From NCBI GenBank assembly GCA_036676985.1, contig JAKFBU010000006.1, forward strand, positions 1-64,000: a stretch of 64,000 bases of DNA, in the 5' to 3' direction. The first letter of the stretch is position 1, and each line of letters starts with the position of its first letter. A model generated the notes under the pieces. The model did no database searches. It was not told the DNA's origin and saw nothing but the letters and a program-made list of their open reading frames with translations. The DNA is from Candidatus Sericytochromatia bacterium (GTDB lineage: Bacteria > Cyanobacteriota > Sericytochromatia > S15B-MN24 > UBA4093). The translations under genes and the position numbers were made by a program. This document shows, in pieces, positions 31,982 to 40,173 of the stretch.

Positions 31982-32164
31982 TTAGGAAATCTGGATGGCA
32001 CCGGGACAGCAGTTCGACTGTGATGCCTGTACACAGGGAGCCGTCGAGTTCTCCTGGCCCGGTTTGACCATCGCCGTCCCGTCCGAGTCCTGGGCAAATA
32101 CCGTCGGACAATTGCTCCAGCAGTAACCAATACCAATGCAACTTCCTTTGTCGACGCTAATCAT
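31982..32164 (-). CDS. single-cluster ferredoxin (probably [3Fe-4S])
   Basis: VDKGSCIGIGYCWSNCP..F ... CCPGAI pattern, GAGGA RBS. Confidence 0.8.
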   Translation of the reverse strand: MISVDKGSCIGIGYCWSNCPTVFAQDSDGTAMVKPGQENSTAPCVQASQSNCCPGAIQIS

Positions 32165-32349
32165 GAGGAATCCTCCTTGGTCGAAGCCCTACGATTACGA
32201 TGTTCCACAAGCGAGCAAGGCTTAGCGTGAGCCGAAGCTGAGGAATCGCTGGAATTTGTGAATATTCGTGATCGGGCTATGCGTGATTCTAAGCCCAAGG
32301 TATGCTGATAAAACGGGCAAGTGATAGATGGGACGGGCATTACGGCGTT

Positions 32350-32778
32350 ATGACGGCTTACGCGATTAGAATATCATTGGGTTTTGGCCTGTTCTTGGCG
32401 GTCGCCGTCTCAGGGTGCGATGCGTTCCGCCTCATTCAAGGGCCAGGACCTTCCCCCGATCCGAGTCCTGGGGGTCAGGCTCCGAGTTCGCACCTGGAAC
32501 TGAGCCCGGCTCATCTGGACTTGAACGTGCCCTCCGACGAATCCTGCCCCTGTCCCTTTGAGTCGACCGGCTCGTTCGTTGTTTCAGGGCTGGCGGCCAC
32601 GTCGACTCCTCAGTGGACGGTTCTCGAGCCAGGAGTTGCCACGATTAGTCCTAACGGTTTCGTCTCGGCCTTATCGGTCGGCACGACGGAGGTGCGCCTC
32701 ATGGAGAATGGCCGAGTGGCGACGGCCACGATTCAGGTTCGTGATCAAGGTGGCCGTGCGGCCGTGATCGTGCAGTAG
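32350..32778 (+). CDS. Ig-like (Big_2) domain lipoprotein
   Basis: Lipobox VSGC; W....PGVATISPNG.VSALSVGTT motif. Confidence 0.7.
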   Translation: MTAYAIRISLGFGLFLAVAVSGCDAFRLIQGPGPSPDPSPGGQAPSSHLELSPAHLDLNVPSDESCPCPFESTGSFVVSGLAATSTPQWTVLEPGVATISPNGFVSALSVGTTEVRLMENGRVATATIQVRDQGGRAAVIVQ

Positions 32779-32787
32779 GAGGCCATC

Positions 32788-34287
32788 GTGAGACGGCTGT
32801 TATCGCTAGTATTGGGAGGGATTGTCTTGTCGGCCTGTGTCGCGCCGACGAGAACGGTCATGCCCTCTCAGGAATCGCCAGTGGCCCCGATTGCCGAGGG
32901 GAATGGCCGAGTTGCCGTCTCGATCCGTTGGCCGATTCGCGACCGAGCGGTGCAGCTCGTGCCGTTCGATGCAGCCCTGGCCAGGGTGGAGGTCTTCGAC
33001 GCGAGTGAGAGTCTGATTGCATCGGCATCGGTAGCACGGACGTCCGGACAAGTGGAAAGCAGCGTTGGGCTTGATCTGCCCGCTGGCACTGGGCGGTATG
33101 TGCAGGTAGAGTTGGATAGCCCGACGGTGTCGCGCATTGCCGCGGGCCGCAGCCTGGACTTTTCCGTGCGACGCAACCAGGTCGTCACCGTGCCAGTCGT
33201 GCTCGAGCCCATCATCAAGACGCTGGTTGGGCCCGTCAGTGCCTATTCCCTCGTCGGTGGATCTACTGCCTTGCGTGGGTTCGCTCGGTTTTACACGGTT
33301 TCGCTCGGCCCGGATGGAACGGTTTATTTTCCGGATTACAGCGACAATGGCGTGAGGGCGTTTGGCCCGAACGGTGTGAACCGAGTCGTCGTTGGCCAGG
33401 TCACGGACACGGCCACCGAGTCACAGGGCATCGCCTCGACTGCGGAGTCAGACGCGGTCGAAGAAGGTGGGCTCGCGAGTCAAGCCACCGTCCGCACCCC
33501 ACATGGGGTTCACGTCGCCTCCAATGGCGACCTGTTCGTGGCGGATACCTTGCCGAGCACCCCCGGCGTTCGCATCCGGCTCATTCCCGCCGCCTCCGGG
33601 ACGCGATTCGGCGCACAGCGAGAGGCGGGGCATATTTACACCCTGCGCAAGGCTTTGGGCGTCTTTTCGGCGGTCGGCATGGTCCAGGATCTCGATGGGG
33701 CCTTGCTGTATACGGAGCAGGCCAAACATGAGATCTGGCGCCTGGCCCCGGATGGCAGTGCGTCGCTGTACGTAGGCAATTCCCTCGGTAGCCTGGCCAA
33801 TGGAACACCTCAGGCCTCGGCATCTCTGAACGCGCCCTGGGGGCTGGCCTTGGATGTACGGGGCAACCTGGCGATCAGCGAGTGGAAGGGGTTCCGCATC
33901 CGAATGCTGTGTCGAGAAACCGGCACGAACTTCGGGATTCCGATGGAGGCCGGTAGGCTCTATACCATCATGGATGGCTTGGCATTGCGGGCCCAGTTCA
34001 ACCTGTCGGTGTCACCGGCGCCGCGCCAGATGGCGTTCGATCAGCAGGGGAACCTCTATTTTGCCGAAAACGTGACGCATAGCGTGTATCGGGTTGCGCG
34101 GTCGAATGGATCGATGACCCGCATTGCGGGTGGGCAGCAGACGACCCCGAATTCCTTGTTGGTAGGTGATGAGGGTACGGCCGCTAGCGCGTCCTTTCAA
34201 GCTCCGCAGGGCTTAGCCCTGGACCAAAATGGGCGCTTGTATATCGGCGATACGAACAATGGCCGGGTTCGTTGGCTATTCCTCTAG
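32788..34287 (+). CDS. NHL-repeat beta-propeller lipoprotein
   Basis: Lipobox LSAC, AGGAGG RBS; repeats PWGLALD..GNL, PQGLALDQNGRLYIGDTNNGRVR. Confidence 0.82.
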   Translation: MRRLLSLVLGGIVLSACVAPTRTVMPSQESPVAPIAEGNGRVAVSIRWPIRDRAVQLVPFDAALARVEVFDASESLIASASVARTSGQVESSVGLDLPAGTGRYVQVELDSPTVSRIAAGRSLDFSVRRNQVVTVPVVLEPIIKTLVGPVSAYSLVGGSTALRGFARFYTVSLGPDGTVYFPDYSDNGVRAFGPNGVNRVVVGQVTDTATESQGIASTAESDAVEEGGLASQATVRTPHGVHVASNGDLFVADTLPSTPGVRIRLIPAASGTRFGAQREAGHIYTLRKALGVFSAVGMVQDLDGALLYTEQAKHEIWRLAPDGSASLYVGNSLGSLANGTPQASASLNAPWGLALDVRGNLAISEWKGFRIRMLCRETGTNFGIPMEAGRLYTIMDGLALRAQFNLSVSPAPRQMAFDQQGNLYFAENVTHSVYRVARSNGSMTRIAGGQQTTPNSLLVGDEGTAASASFQAPQGLALDQNGRLYIGDTNNGRVRWLFL

Positions 34288-34309
34288 TCTCGGGGAACCT
34301 TTCCCGGGC

Positions 34310-34918
34310 TTATAGAGGTCTGACGAGGGCGATCGCACGCGCGATCGCCCTCGTTGCTTTGGGCATCGGGCGAAAGCTGCCATCTGGCGCACTGACATAC
34401 GGCAGGCCAGCAATGAGGGCGATTCGTCCCCAGCTCCAGCCGCTCTCCCCTTCGAGAAGACAAAGCCCTTCTGCCGTGACTCCGGCCACCAGGTGCCGGA
34501 TGAGCACGTGATCGCCGGGCGAGAGGCCCAGGGCTTCGTCCACGCCGGCCTCGACCCGGACCACGCCGTCCGCGGCGGGAAGCTCCCAGCCGGACGTTCG
34601 GCCTGGCCGGGGACCGGGGGCGGCACCCAGGAGCTCCAGGCCCGGAGCGGGCGCAGGAGGCTGGAAGGGCAGGGGCAAGGAGGGCTGCATGCCGCGCAGG
34701 TCGGCCACCGTCACGCCCAGGGCATGGGCCAGGGAGCTGAGTAGCTCGCGGGAAGGATTGGGGGGAGCCTTGGTCGCGCTCGACCAGCCCCGCTCGAGGG
34801 CGGCCAGGTACGCGCGGCTGATGCCTGCGCGGCTCGCAAGCTCCGTTTGCGTGAGCTCGGCCGCCTGGCGCAGGTCACGCAGGCGCTGGGCCAGGGTCGC
34901 CTCGGGCGCCGAGGGCAT
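34310..34918 (-). CDS. XRE-family HTH regulator with degenerate LexA/CI-like C-terminus
   Basis: LRDLRQAAELTQTELASRAGISRAYLAALERG...NPS...LAHALGV. Confidence 0.82.
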   Translation of the reverse strand: MPSAPEATLAQRLRDLRQAAELTQTELASRAGISRAYLAALERGWSSATKAPPNPSRELLSSLAHALGVTVADLRGMQPSLPLPFQPPAPAPGLELLGAAPGPRPGRTSGWELPAADGVVRVEAGVDEALGLSPGDHVLIRHLVAGVTAEGLCLLEGESGWSWGRIALIAGLPYVSAPDGSFRPMPKATRAIARAIALVRPL

Positions 34919-34921
34919 GGG

Positions 34922-35755
34922 CTAGCGCGAGGCGGCCGCCGAGGGCACGGGCTCGGGAGGCAGGCCCATCGAGATGAGCGTGTACTGGGTGATCATGTGC
35001 GCCGACATGTCCTCGTCACGGGGCACCACGGGGATCTCGAAGGTCCTGGACTCCTCGGGCTTGCCGCCGTAGTTGTAGTAGGCGACCTTGGCCACGAAGG
35101 CCGTCTCGGCCCACTCCGCCACCATGATCGTGTTGGAGTACTGGAACGCGAAGCGCCACTTGCCGTTGACCAGCTCGCGCTTGGCGCCGCCCACGTACTC
35201 GGCCGTCTGGCCGATCATCGGCGGAGCCCAGCCGAAGAAGCCGCCCGCGGAGCCCGTGGCCTCCTTGGTGACGGTGTCGGGCGGGGCCTGCGTCCAGTCG
35301 AGCTCGTCCAGCTTGCCCGTCATGGCGAGCACCTGCTTCCAGTCCTTCATGCCGGGAGGCAGGGGCATGTTGCGGATCTGCTCGTCGGTCATGCCCGCGA
35401 ACTGCGGGTGCTTGCGCAGGGCGTCGAAGATCTTCTTGTTGGGATCCTCGGTGGGCCGCGGCGTCGGCTTGGGAGCGGGCTTGGCCGCCACCTTCGCGGC
35501 CTGGGGCTTGGGATCGGGCCGCTTGGCGACCTGGGGCGGCTCCTTTTTCTTCTTCTTGGGGTACTGGATCGTGCCCTGCTGCGGGGTCTGCAGCTTGGGC
35601 TGCAGCTTGGCGAGCTCGACCAGCGCCATGGTCACGTGCGGGGTCGGCATGGGCTGGGGCATGATCCGGCGCACCGAACTGGCGGCGGGGATCGCGAGGA
35701 TCCCCAGCACCAGGGTGTGGACGAGTATCGATGCTCCGAGCGAGCCGAAACGCAT
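34922..35755 (-). CDS. single-pass membrane protein with Pro/Lys-rich (TonB-like) linker
   Basis: N-terminal TM with SILVH (SxxxH), followed by a P/K-rich spacer and a globular domain. Confidence 0.7.
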   Translation of the reverse strand: MRFGSLGASILVHTLVLGILAIPAASSVRRIMPQPMPTPHVTMALVELAKLQPKLQTPQQGTIQYPKKKKKEPPQVAKRPDPKPQAAKVAAKPAPKPTPRPTEDPNKKIFDALRKHPQFAGMTDEQIRNMPLPPGMKDWKQVLAMTGKLDELDWTQAPPDTVTKEATGSAGGFFGWAPPMIGQTAEYVGGAKRELVNGKWRFAFQYSNTIMVAEWAETAFVAKVAYYNYGGKPEESRTFEIPVVPRDEDMSAHMITQYTLISMGLPPEPVPSAAASR

Positions 35756-35766
35756 GGCTTACCTGC

Positions 35767-36843
35767 TTACTTGGTGGCGAAGGACCCGACGACGCGTTGC
35801 AAATCTTCCGGGTAGAGGTCGCCGTAGGCGTAGAGAAGCTGGTTGTCCTTCTCGGCGCCGAAGTAGTTGTAGGGCGCCTGGTAGCTCAGGTTGCTGAACT
35901 TGTCCACCAGGCCGAGCGCCATGGCCCCTGCCATGAGCGTCAGGAACATGTTGGGCTTGGGCCGGTACGAGACGAACATCCAGTTGAGGCCGTCGGTGTA
36001 GTGCAAGAGCGCGATGCGCGTCCCGAACAGGGTCGCGAACTGCAGGCTGTGCAGCTGGAAGCCGGCGGGCACGTAGGTGGGCAACAGGACCTTCTGCCCG
36101 ATGGCCTTCTCGGCCTCGGCGACGGTCTTGTAGGCGACGAAGCTGTTCTTCTGGTCCTGCTGGAGCTGGACGGTGTTGAGCTTGGCGGCGGGGAGGCCGA
36201 CGGCCGTGTTGACCTGGCTGGTGGGCAGGAACTCCTCGTAGTAGCTCGTGAAGTAGGGCGCAACACCCTTGCCCCAGGTGCGCTCCTCCTTGAGGACCTG
36301 ATAGCTGTCGCGCGAGATCCAGAACCGGTGGCCCGGCGTCACGTAGCCGCGCAGGGGCTCGACGTCGAGCACGTAGCACGGGGTCATGGCGACGATCTGG
36401 TCGGGAACCTCGGACTCCGAGAGGATGCGCAGCGAGTAGTTCTTCTGGAGCTGGGCGGCGTTGGCCGAGACCAGGCCGAAGATGGTGCTCGCGGCTTCGT
36501 TGCTGCCGGTGGGGTTGTCGTTCTTGAAGAGCAGGTTCTCCGCGGGGAAGAAGACGTTGGCGCGGTTGTCCTTCATCCAGAGGTTGACGCCGTTGAGCGG
36601 GGTCGGGTCCTGGACGGTGACGCGGTAGTTGCGGTCATCCTGGAAGAAGACCCGCATGGTGGCCTTGAGGCTCAGGTTTTGACGGGTGAGCAGCTGGATG
36701 CGGGTGCCGGTGTAGGTGACGGTGCCCTGCGCCGCCAGCGTCCGCTGGACCAGCTCGGCCGGGGCGGGGGCTGCCAAGGCGGGAGCCGCGAGCGAGACGA
36801 CCATGCTGGCCGAGAGCGCGACTTTCCAAAGCGTACGGTTCAT
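35767..36843 (-). CDS. MucB/RseB-like (LolA-fold) periplasmic protein
   Basis: Signal peptide; Y.G..., LQKNY.L, CYVLDVEP, RFWI...Y.VLK.E, LPTYVPAGF, YTDGL....V motifs. Confidence 0.72.
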   Translation of the reverse strand: MNRTLWKVALSASMVVSLAAPALAAPAPAELVQRTLAAQGTVTYTGTRIQLLTRQNLSLKATMRVFFQDDRNYRVTVQDPTPLNGVNLWMKDNRANVFFPAENLLFKNDNPTGSNEAASTIFGLVSANAAQLQKNYSLRILSESEVPDQIVAMTPCYVLDVEPLRGYVTPGHRFWISRDSYQVLKEERTWGKGVAPYFTSYYEEFLPTSQVNTAVGLPAAKLNTVQLQQDQKNSFVAYKTVAEAEKAIGQKVLLPTYVPAGFQLHSLQFATLFGTRIALLHYTDGLNWMFVSYRPKPNMFLTLMAGAMALGLVDKFSNLSYQAPYNYFGAEKDNQLLYAYGDLYPEDLQRVVGSFATK

Positions 36844-37072
36844 GCGCCATCCTTTATCCACGACGACAGGGTTGCTGCATCTCTGACGACAGGGGGCCTC
36901 AATAGGTTCGCTCCGCGAGGCCTTCGCCCCCGGAGCGTTCAGATCCCTGATCATGGTAGCACCCCGCCTGGAAGCGGACAACGCTCGTCAAGACGGCTTG
37001 TATTGGCCGTCGCGGCCCCCAGCGGCCCGGTCGCTCGCTGGGAGGCGAGCGTGCGGAGGTTTGGCGCGATCG

Positions 37073-37312
37073 CTAGTGTTGGCGCTGCATGACGCGCTTG
37101 ACGATGGCCCCGGCCATGGTTTCGTAATGCTCCTGCACGACCGTGAGGTTGTCCTCGGCGTCGGGTGGAAAGAGCTTGAGTACGATCTTCTGGGGGTTCT
37201 CGAGGTCGATGGTCCAGGGCAGGTACTGGGCCGCGGCTGCGTGCTCGTAGAACAGGATACCGCAGTAGAGGGGCCCATCTTCACGCTCGATCACGATGTC
37301 ATCAATCTGCAT
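37073..37312 (-). CDS. small acidic hypothetical protein
   Basis: Host-like codon usage, GAAGGGG RBS before MQIDD. Confidence 0.55.
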   Translation of the reverse strand: MQIDDIVIEREDGPLYCGILFYEHAAAAQYLPWTIDLENPQKIVLKLFPPDAEDNLTVVQEHYETMAGAIVKRVMQRQH

Positions 37313-37477
37313 GGCGGCCCCCTTCATCGACGCTGAGGTGCGCAAGGCCACTATACCCGCTTGATGGCGGCGGGGGCGGCATTTCATTAAGATTTAATCC
37401 GCTCGTAGGGCCCGTGCGGCGGGGGCGGGGGGATGGTAGGATCCGCCATGGGGCCGGGGGATGCCAGGGAGGAGCCC

Positions 37478-37765
37478 ATGTTCGAGCCAGAGGTCGACCT
37501 CGTCACCACGCACCGGGTGCAGCTGAGCACCGGGGAGGCCGTGGTGTTCGATCAGAGCCTGTGGGGCAAGGTCATCGAGGTGCGCGAGCTGCACGTGGGG
37601 CCCGGCCGGTACTGGCTGGACGACTACGTCGCCACCGCGCGGCTCCGGCAGCTGCTGGAGGCCTCGACTATCGGGGGTGAGTGGGCCTTTGAGGAGACGC
37701 ACGGGCTGTGTGCGGAGGTGCGGGACGAGATTCACGCGCTGATTGGTCGCTTCGCGGACGACTGA
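37478..37765 (+). CDS. small hypothetical protein
   Basis: GGAGGAG RBS before MFEPEV, host-like codon usage. Confidence 0.6.
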   Translation: MFEPEVDLVTTHRVQLSTGEAVVFDQSLWGKVIEVRELHVGPGRYWLDDYVATARLRQLLEASTIGGEWAFEETHGLCAEVRDEIHALIGRFADD

Positions 37766-37774
37766 GTCGAGAGT

Positions 37775-37860
37775 CTAAGGAACCGTTCGCCTTTCGACCT
37801 GGCTCAAGCCTGTCCTGAGCTTGTCGAAGGGACGAACGGTTCCTTTTGTGCATGAAGACT
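37775..37860. repeat. REP-like palindromic repeat cluster, family A, copy 2
   Basis: CTAAGGAACCGTTCGCCTTTCGACCTGGC...GTCCTGAGCTTGTCGAAGGGACGAACGGTTCCTT..GTGCATGAAGACT matches pieces of 16421-16523. Confidence 0.8.
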
Positions 37861-37890
37861 CGCAGGGCTTGGCCTTCCAGCCGCCAAGCG

Positions 37891-38631
37891 CTAGTGAGCG
37901 GCGGGCGGGGCCTCGGCTTCTTCGTCGCGGTTGGGCTTGGGGAAGTCCAGCTTGCCGTCGTTGCGGTAGACGTAGTCGAACCGCACCGCGTCGTGGGAGA
38001 GCTTGTGCAGGAGGACCTTCGCGACGAAGGTGTGCTTCTTACCCTTCGGCTTGCCGAGCTCGCCGAGCTCCATGGCCTCGATCTTCACGCCGATGACGTC
38101 CCCGGGCTTCAGGTTCCAGACGGCCGACTGCTCGTTGGCCGTCGGCTTCAGCCACTTGTTGGCGGGAATGGTCCGCACGGAGTCGAAGTCGACCTGGCCG
38201 AGGGGCGCAAAGACGACCTTGTGCTGCCTGGAGTCGATGCTGAGCAGCGAGTGACCCGGGTGGAGCGGGTCCGAGGCCGGGTTGGACTTGAAGCGGAAGT
38301 GGGCGCGCCACTCCTCTTCTTCGTTCTTGATCTCCTGGCCGTCGTTGAGGTTGATGGCGTTGGTCTGCCAGTAGCCCTCGCCCAGGTCGTAGTACTTGAG
38401 TACCGCATCGGTGCCCCAGGTGAAGTGCTGGGGATAGAGGGTGGTGTAGGCCTTCTTGGGGGGCGGATCCGGCACGAACGGGGCCTTGAAGACCACGCCC
38501 TGCATGGGGGGCTTCTCGGCGGCGGCGTTCTGGACCATGAGCCGTAGGGCGGCCTGGTTGCGCGGGTCGGCCCCGAAGAGCCCCGCGCCGGCGAGGCCGA
38601 GCCCCACCATGAAGACGAGCGCTTTGTTCAT
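37891..38631 (-). CDS. exported hypothetical protein
   Basis: N-terminal hydrophobic signal/anchor, strong GC3 bias in this frame. Confidence 0.7.
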   Translation of the reverse strand: MNKALVFMVGLGLAGAGLFGADPRNQAALRLMVQNAAAEKPPMQGVVFKAPFVPDPPPKKAYTTLYPQHFTWGTDAVLKYYDLGEGYWQTNAINLNDGQEIKNEEEEWRAHFRFKSNPASDPLHPGHSLLSIDSRQHKVVFAPLGQVDFDSVRTIPANKWLKPTANEQSAVWNLKPGDVIGVKIEAMELGELGKPKGKKHTFVAKVLLHKLSHDAVRFDYVYRNDGKLDFPKPNRDEEAEAPPAAH

Positions 38632-38867
38632 ACCCCCCGCATACCCGCCGGTCGGCGTCGTCTAACGGTTGCCCGGCTCGATCCGACCGTTGCCGAGGCG
38701 TCGTCCGGAGCCGTATAATGAACCGTCCTTGCGCATCCCAACGAGGTTTGACCGTGCCAGCCACCCCCGATCCCCGCGCCGGCCGCGGACGTCCCGTGGG
38801 CTCCCAGCGACGCCCCGCCACCACCCGCTCCAAAGCCCTCAAGCTCCCAGCCGTCGGCGTGGAGACC

Positions 38868-39956
38868 ATGCAGGCCCTGGCCGCGGCCCTCGGGGCCAGC
38901 CTGTTGCTGTCCTGGGTGCTCCAGTTCGTGACTGGGGTCTGCGACGCGTACCCGGCCATCGCCACGGGCCTCGCCCTGTTCAACGCGGGTCTGGCGATCG
39001 CGACGGCCGCGGCGGCGGTGCAGCGCGGCTACGCGCGGGAGCTCGCCTTCCCGCTCGCGGGCGTGGTGGTCCTCGGGTCGTGCCTGGTGCTCTGGGCGCA
39101 GAGCTCCTACCGCTCGTCGCTCGCGGGGGCGCCGGGATACACCGTGCCGCACCAGCCCCTCTCCTATGGCCCCAACGCCAAGGAGATCACGCTGACGACC
39201 GCGGACGGCGTCAATCTGAAGGCCACCTATCTCGGCAAGGGCGCGGGCGTGGGCCTGGTGCTCGTGCCAGGCTGGGCCTCGGAGCGGGATGGGTTTGCGA
39301 TCGCCTCTCTGGCGCAGTGGCTCGCGCCGCGCTTCGACGTGCTGGTGCTGGATCAGCGCGGCAAGGGCGGCAGCGGCGGGACGCTCACGCCGGATCTCAA
39401 GAGCAAGTACGACTTTCTGGCGGCGGTGGCCTACCTGAACGCGCATGGCGCTTCCCAGGTGGGCGTGCTGGCCGAGCGCGAGGCGGCCCTGCCGGCCCTG
39501 ATGGCGGCGGCGGAGCAGGGCGACATTCGCAGCCTGGCGCTCGCGGCGCCGAGCGGGCGCTGGGGCGAGGCGCCCCTGAAGGCGTCGTTCTTCCGGGATC
39601 CGTCCAATTTCTTCGGGCGGCTGTACTGGCGCGTGGGCGCGGGCGTGCGGATCGCGGGCGGGCAGGGGCCGGAGACGGCGGAGCTGTTGACCAAGGGTTC
39701 CGGGGCGCCGATCTTGCTCTTGGGTAGCAAGGAGGACCCGCAGGGGCTCTTGCGGCAGCTGCACCTGATAGCACCCGAGCCGCGCAGCCTGCGGGTCTTC
39801 GCGGGGCAGGGCTCGCCCGTGGCGTGGAGCGACTTCCAGGCGTATTACCACACGCTGTCGCAGTGGTTCAGCCTGACGTTGGCGGAGACCGAGAGCCGGG
39901 CGACGGTGCTGCCGGGGGCGGCGCCCGAGGCGACGGAGTCGGTGGTCGCGCCGTAG
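38868..39956 (+). CDS. membrane-anchored alpha/beta-hydrolase-fold protein
   Basis: Three TM helices, then ITLTTADGVNLKATY, LVPGW, VLVLDQRGKGGS, DFLAAVAYL. Confidence 0.75.
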   Translation: MQALAAALGASLLLSWVLQFVTGVCDAYPAIATGLALFNAGLAIATAAAAVQRGYARELAFPLAGVVVLGSCLVLWAQSSYRSSLAGAPGYTVPHQPLSYGPNAKEITLTTADGVNLKATYLGKGAGVGLVLVPGWASERDGFAIASLAQWLAPRFDVLVLDQRGKGGSGGTLTPDLKSKYDFLAAVAYLNAHGASQVGVLAEREAALPALMAAAEQGDIRSLALAAPSGRWGEAPLKASFFRDPSNFFGRLYWRVGAGVRIAGGQGPETAELLTKGSGAPILLLGSKEDPQGLLRQLHLIAPEPRSLRVFAGQGSPVAWSDFQAYYHTLSQWFSLTLAETESRATVLPGAAPEATESVVAP

Positions 39957-39994
39957 CGCGACGAGAACATGCGCCAGAACGCAGGTTGCCGCTC

Positions 39995-40085
39995 CGTCAT
40001 TCTCGCGAAAGCGGGAATCCACCGTCGCCCACCCAGGCGGCTTCCGTAGAGGCTGTTCTGGACCCCCACTTTCGCGAGGGTGACG
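39995..40085. repeat. inverted pair of REP-like elements, family B
   Basis: CGTCATTCTCGCGAAAGCGGGAATCCA ... TGGACCCCCACTTTCGCGAGGGTGACG. Confidence 0.8.
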
Positions 40086-40132
40086 CCTAGCCTGCCAATT
40101 CCTGGGATGCCCTTTCGGAGACACCGATGCGA

Positions 40133-40162
40133 CGAGCCCCTGTGCCGAGGCACGGGGGCTCG
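40133..40162. terminator. hairpin terminator downstream of pilQ
   Basis: CGAGCCCCTGTGCC-GA-GGCACGGGGGCTCG. Confidence 0.65.
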
Positions 40163-40173
40163 CTTTATTCTGG

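Noticed and set aside
29706-34290. 8-bp inverted repeat AGACTAGA/TCTAGTCT bounding the lipoprotein block as transposon ends
   Set aside because: Too short, with no target duplication and no transposase; likely chance.
34310-34918. Prophage repressor marking a prophage
   Set aside because: No integrase or phage structural genes; it is co-oriented with host-like envelope genes.
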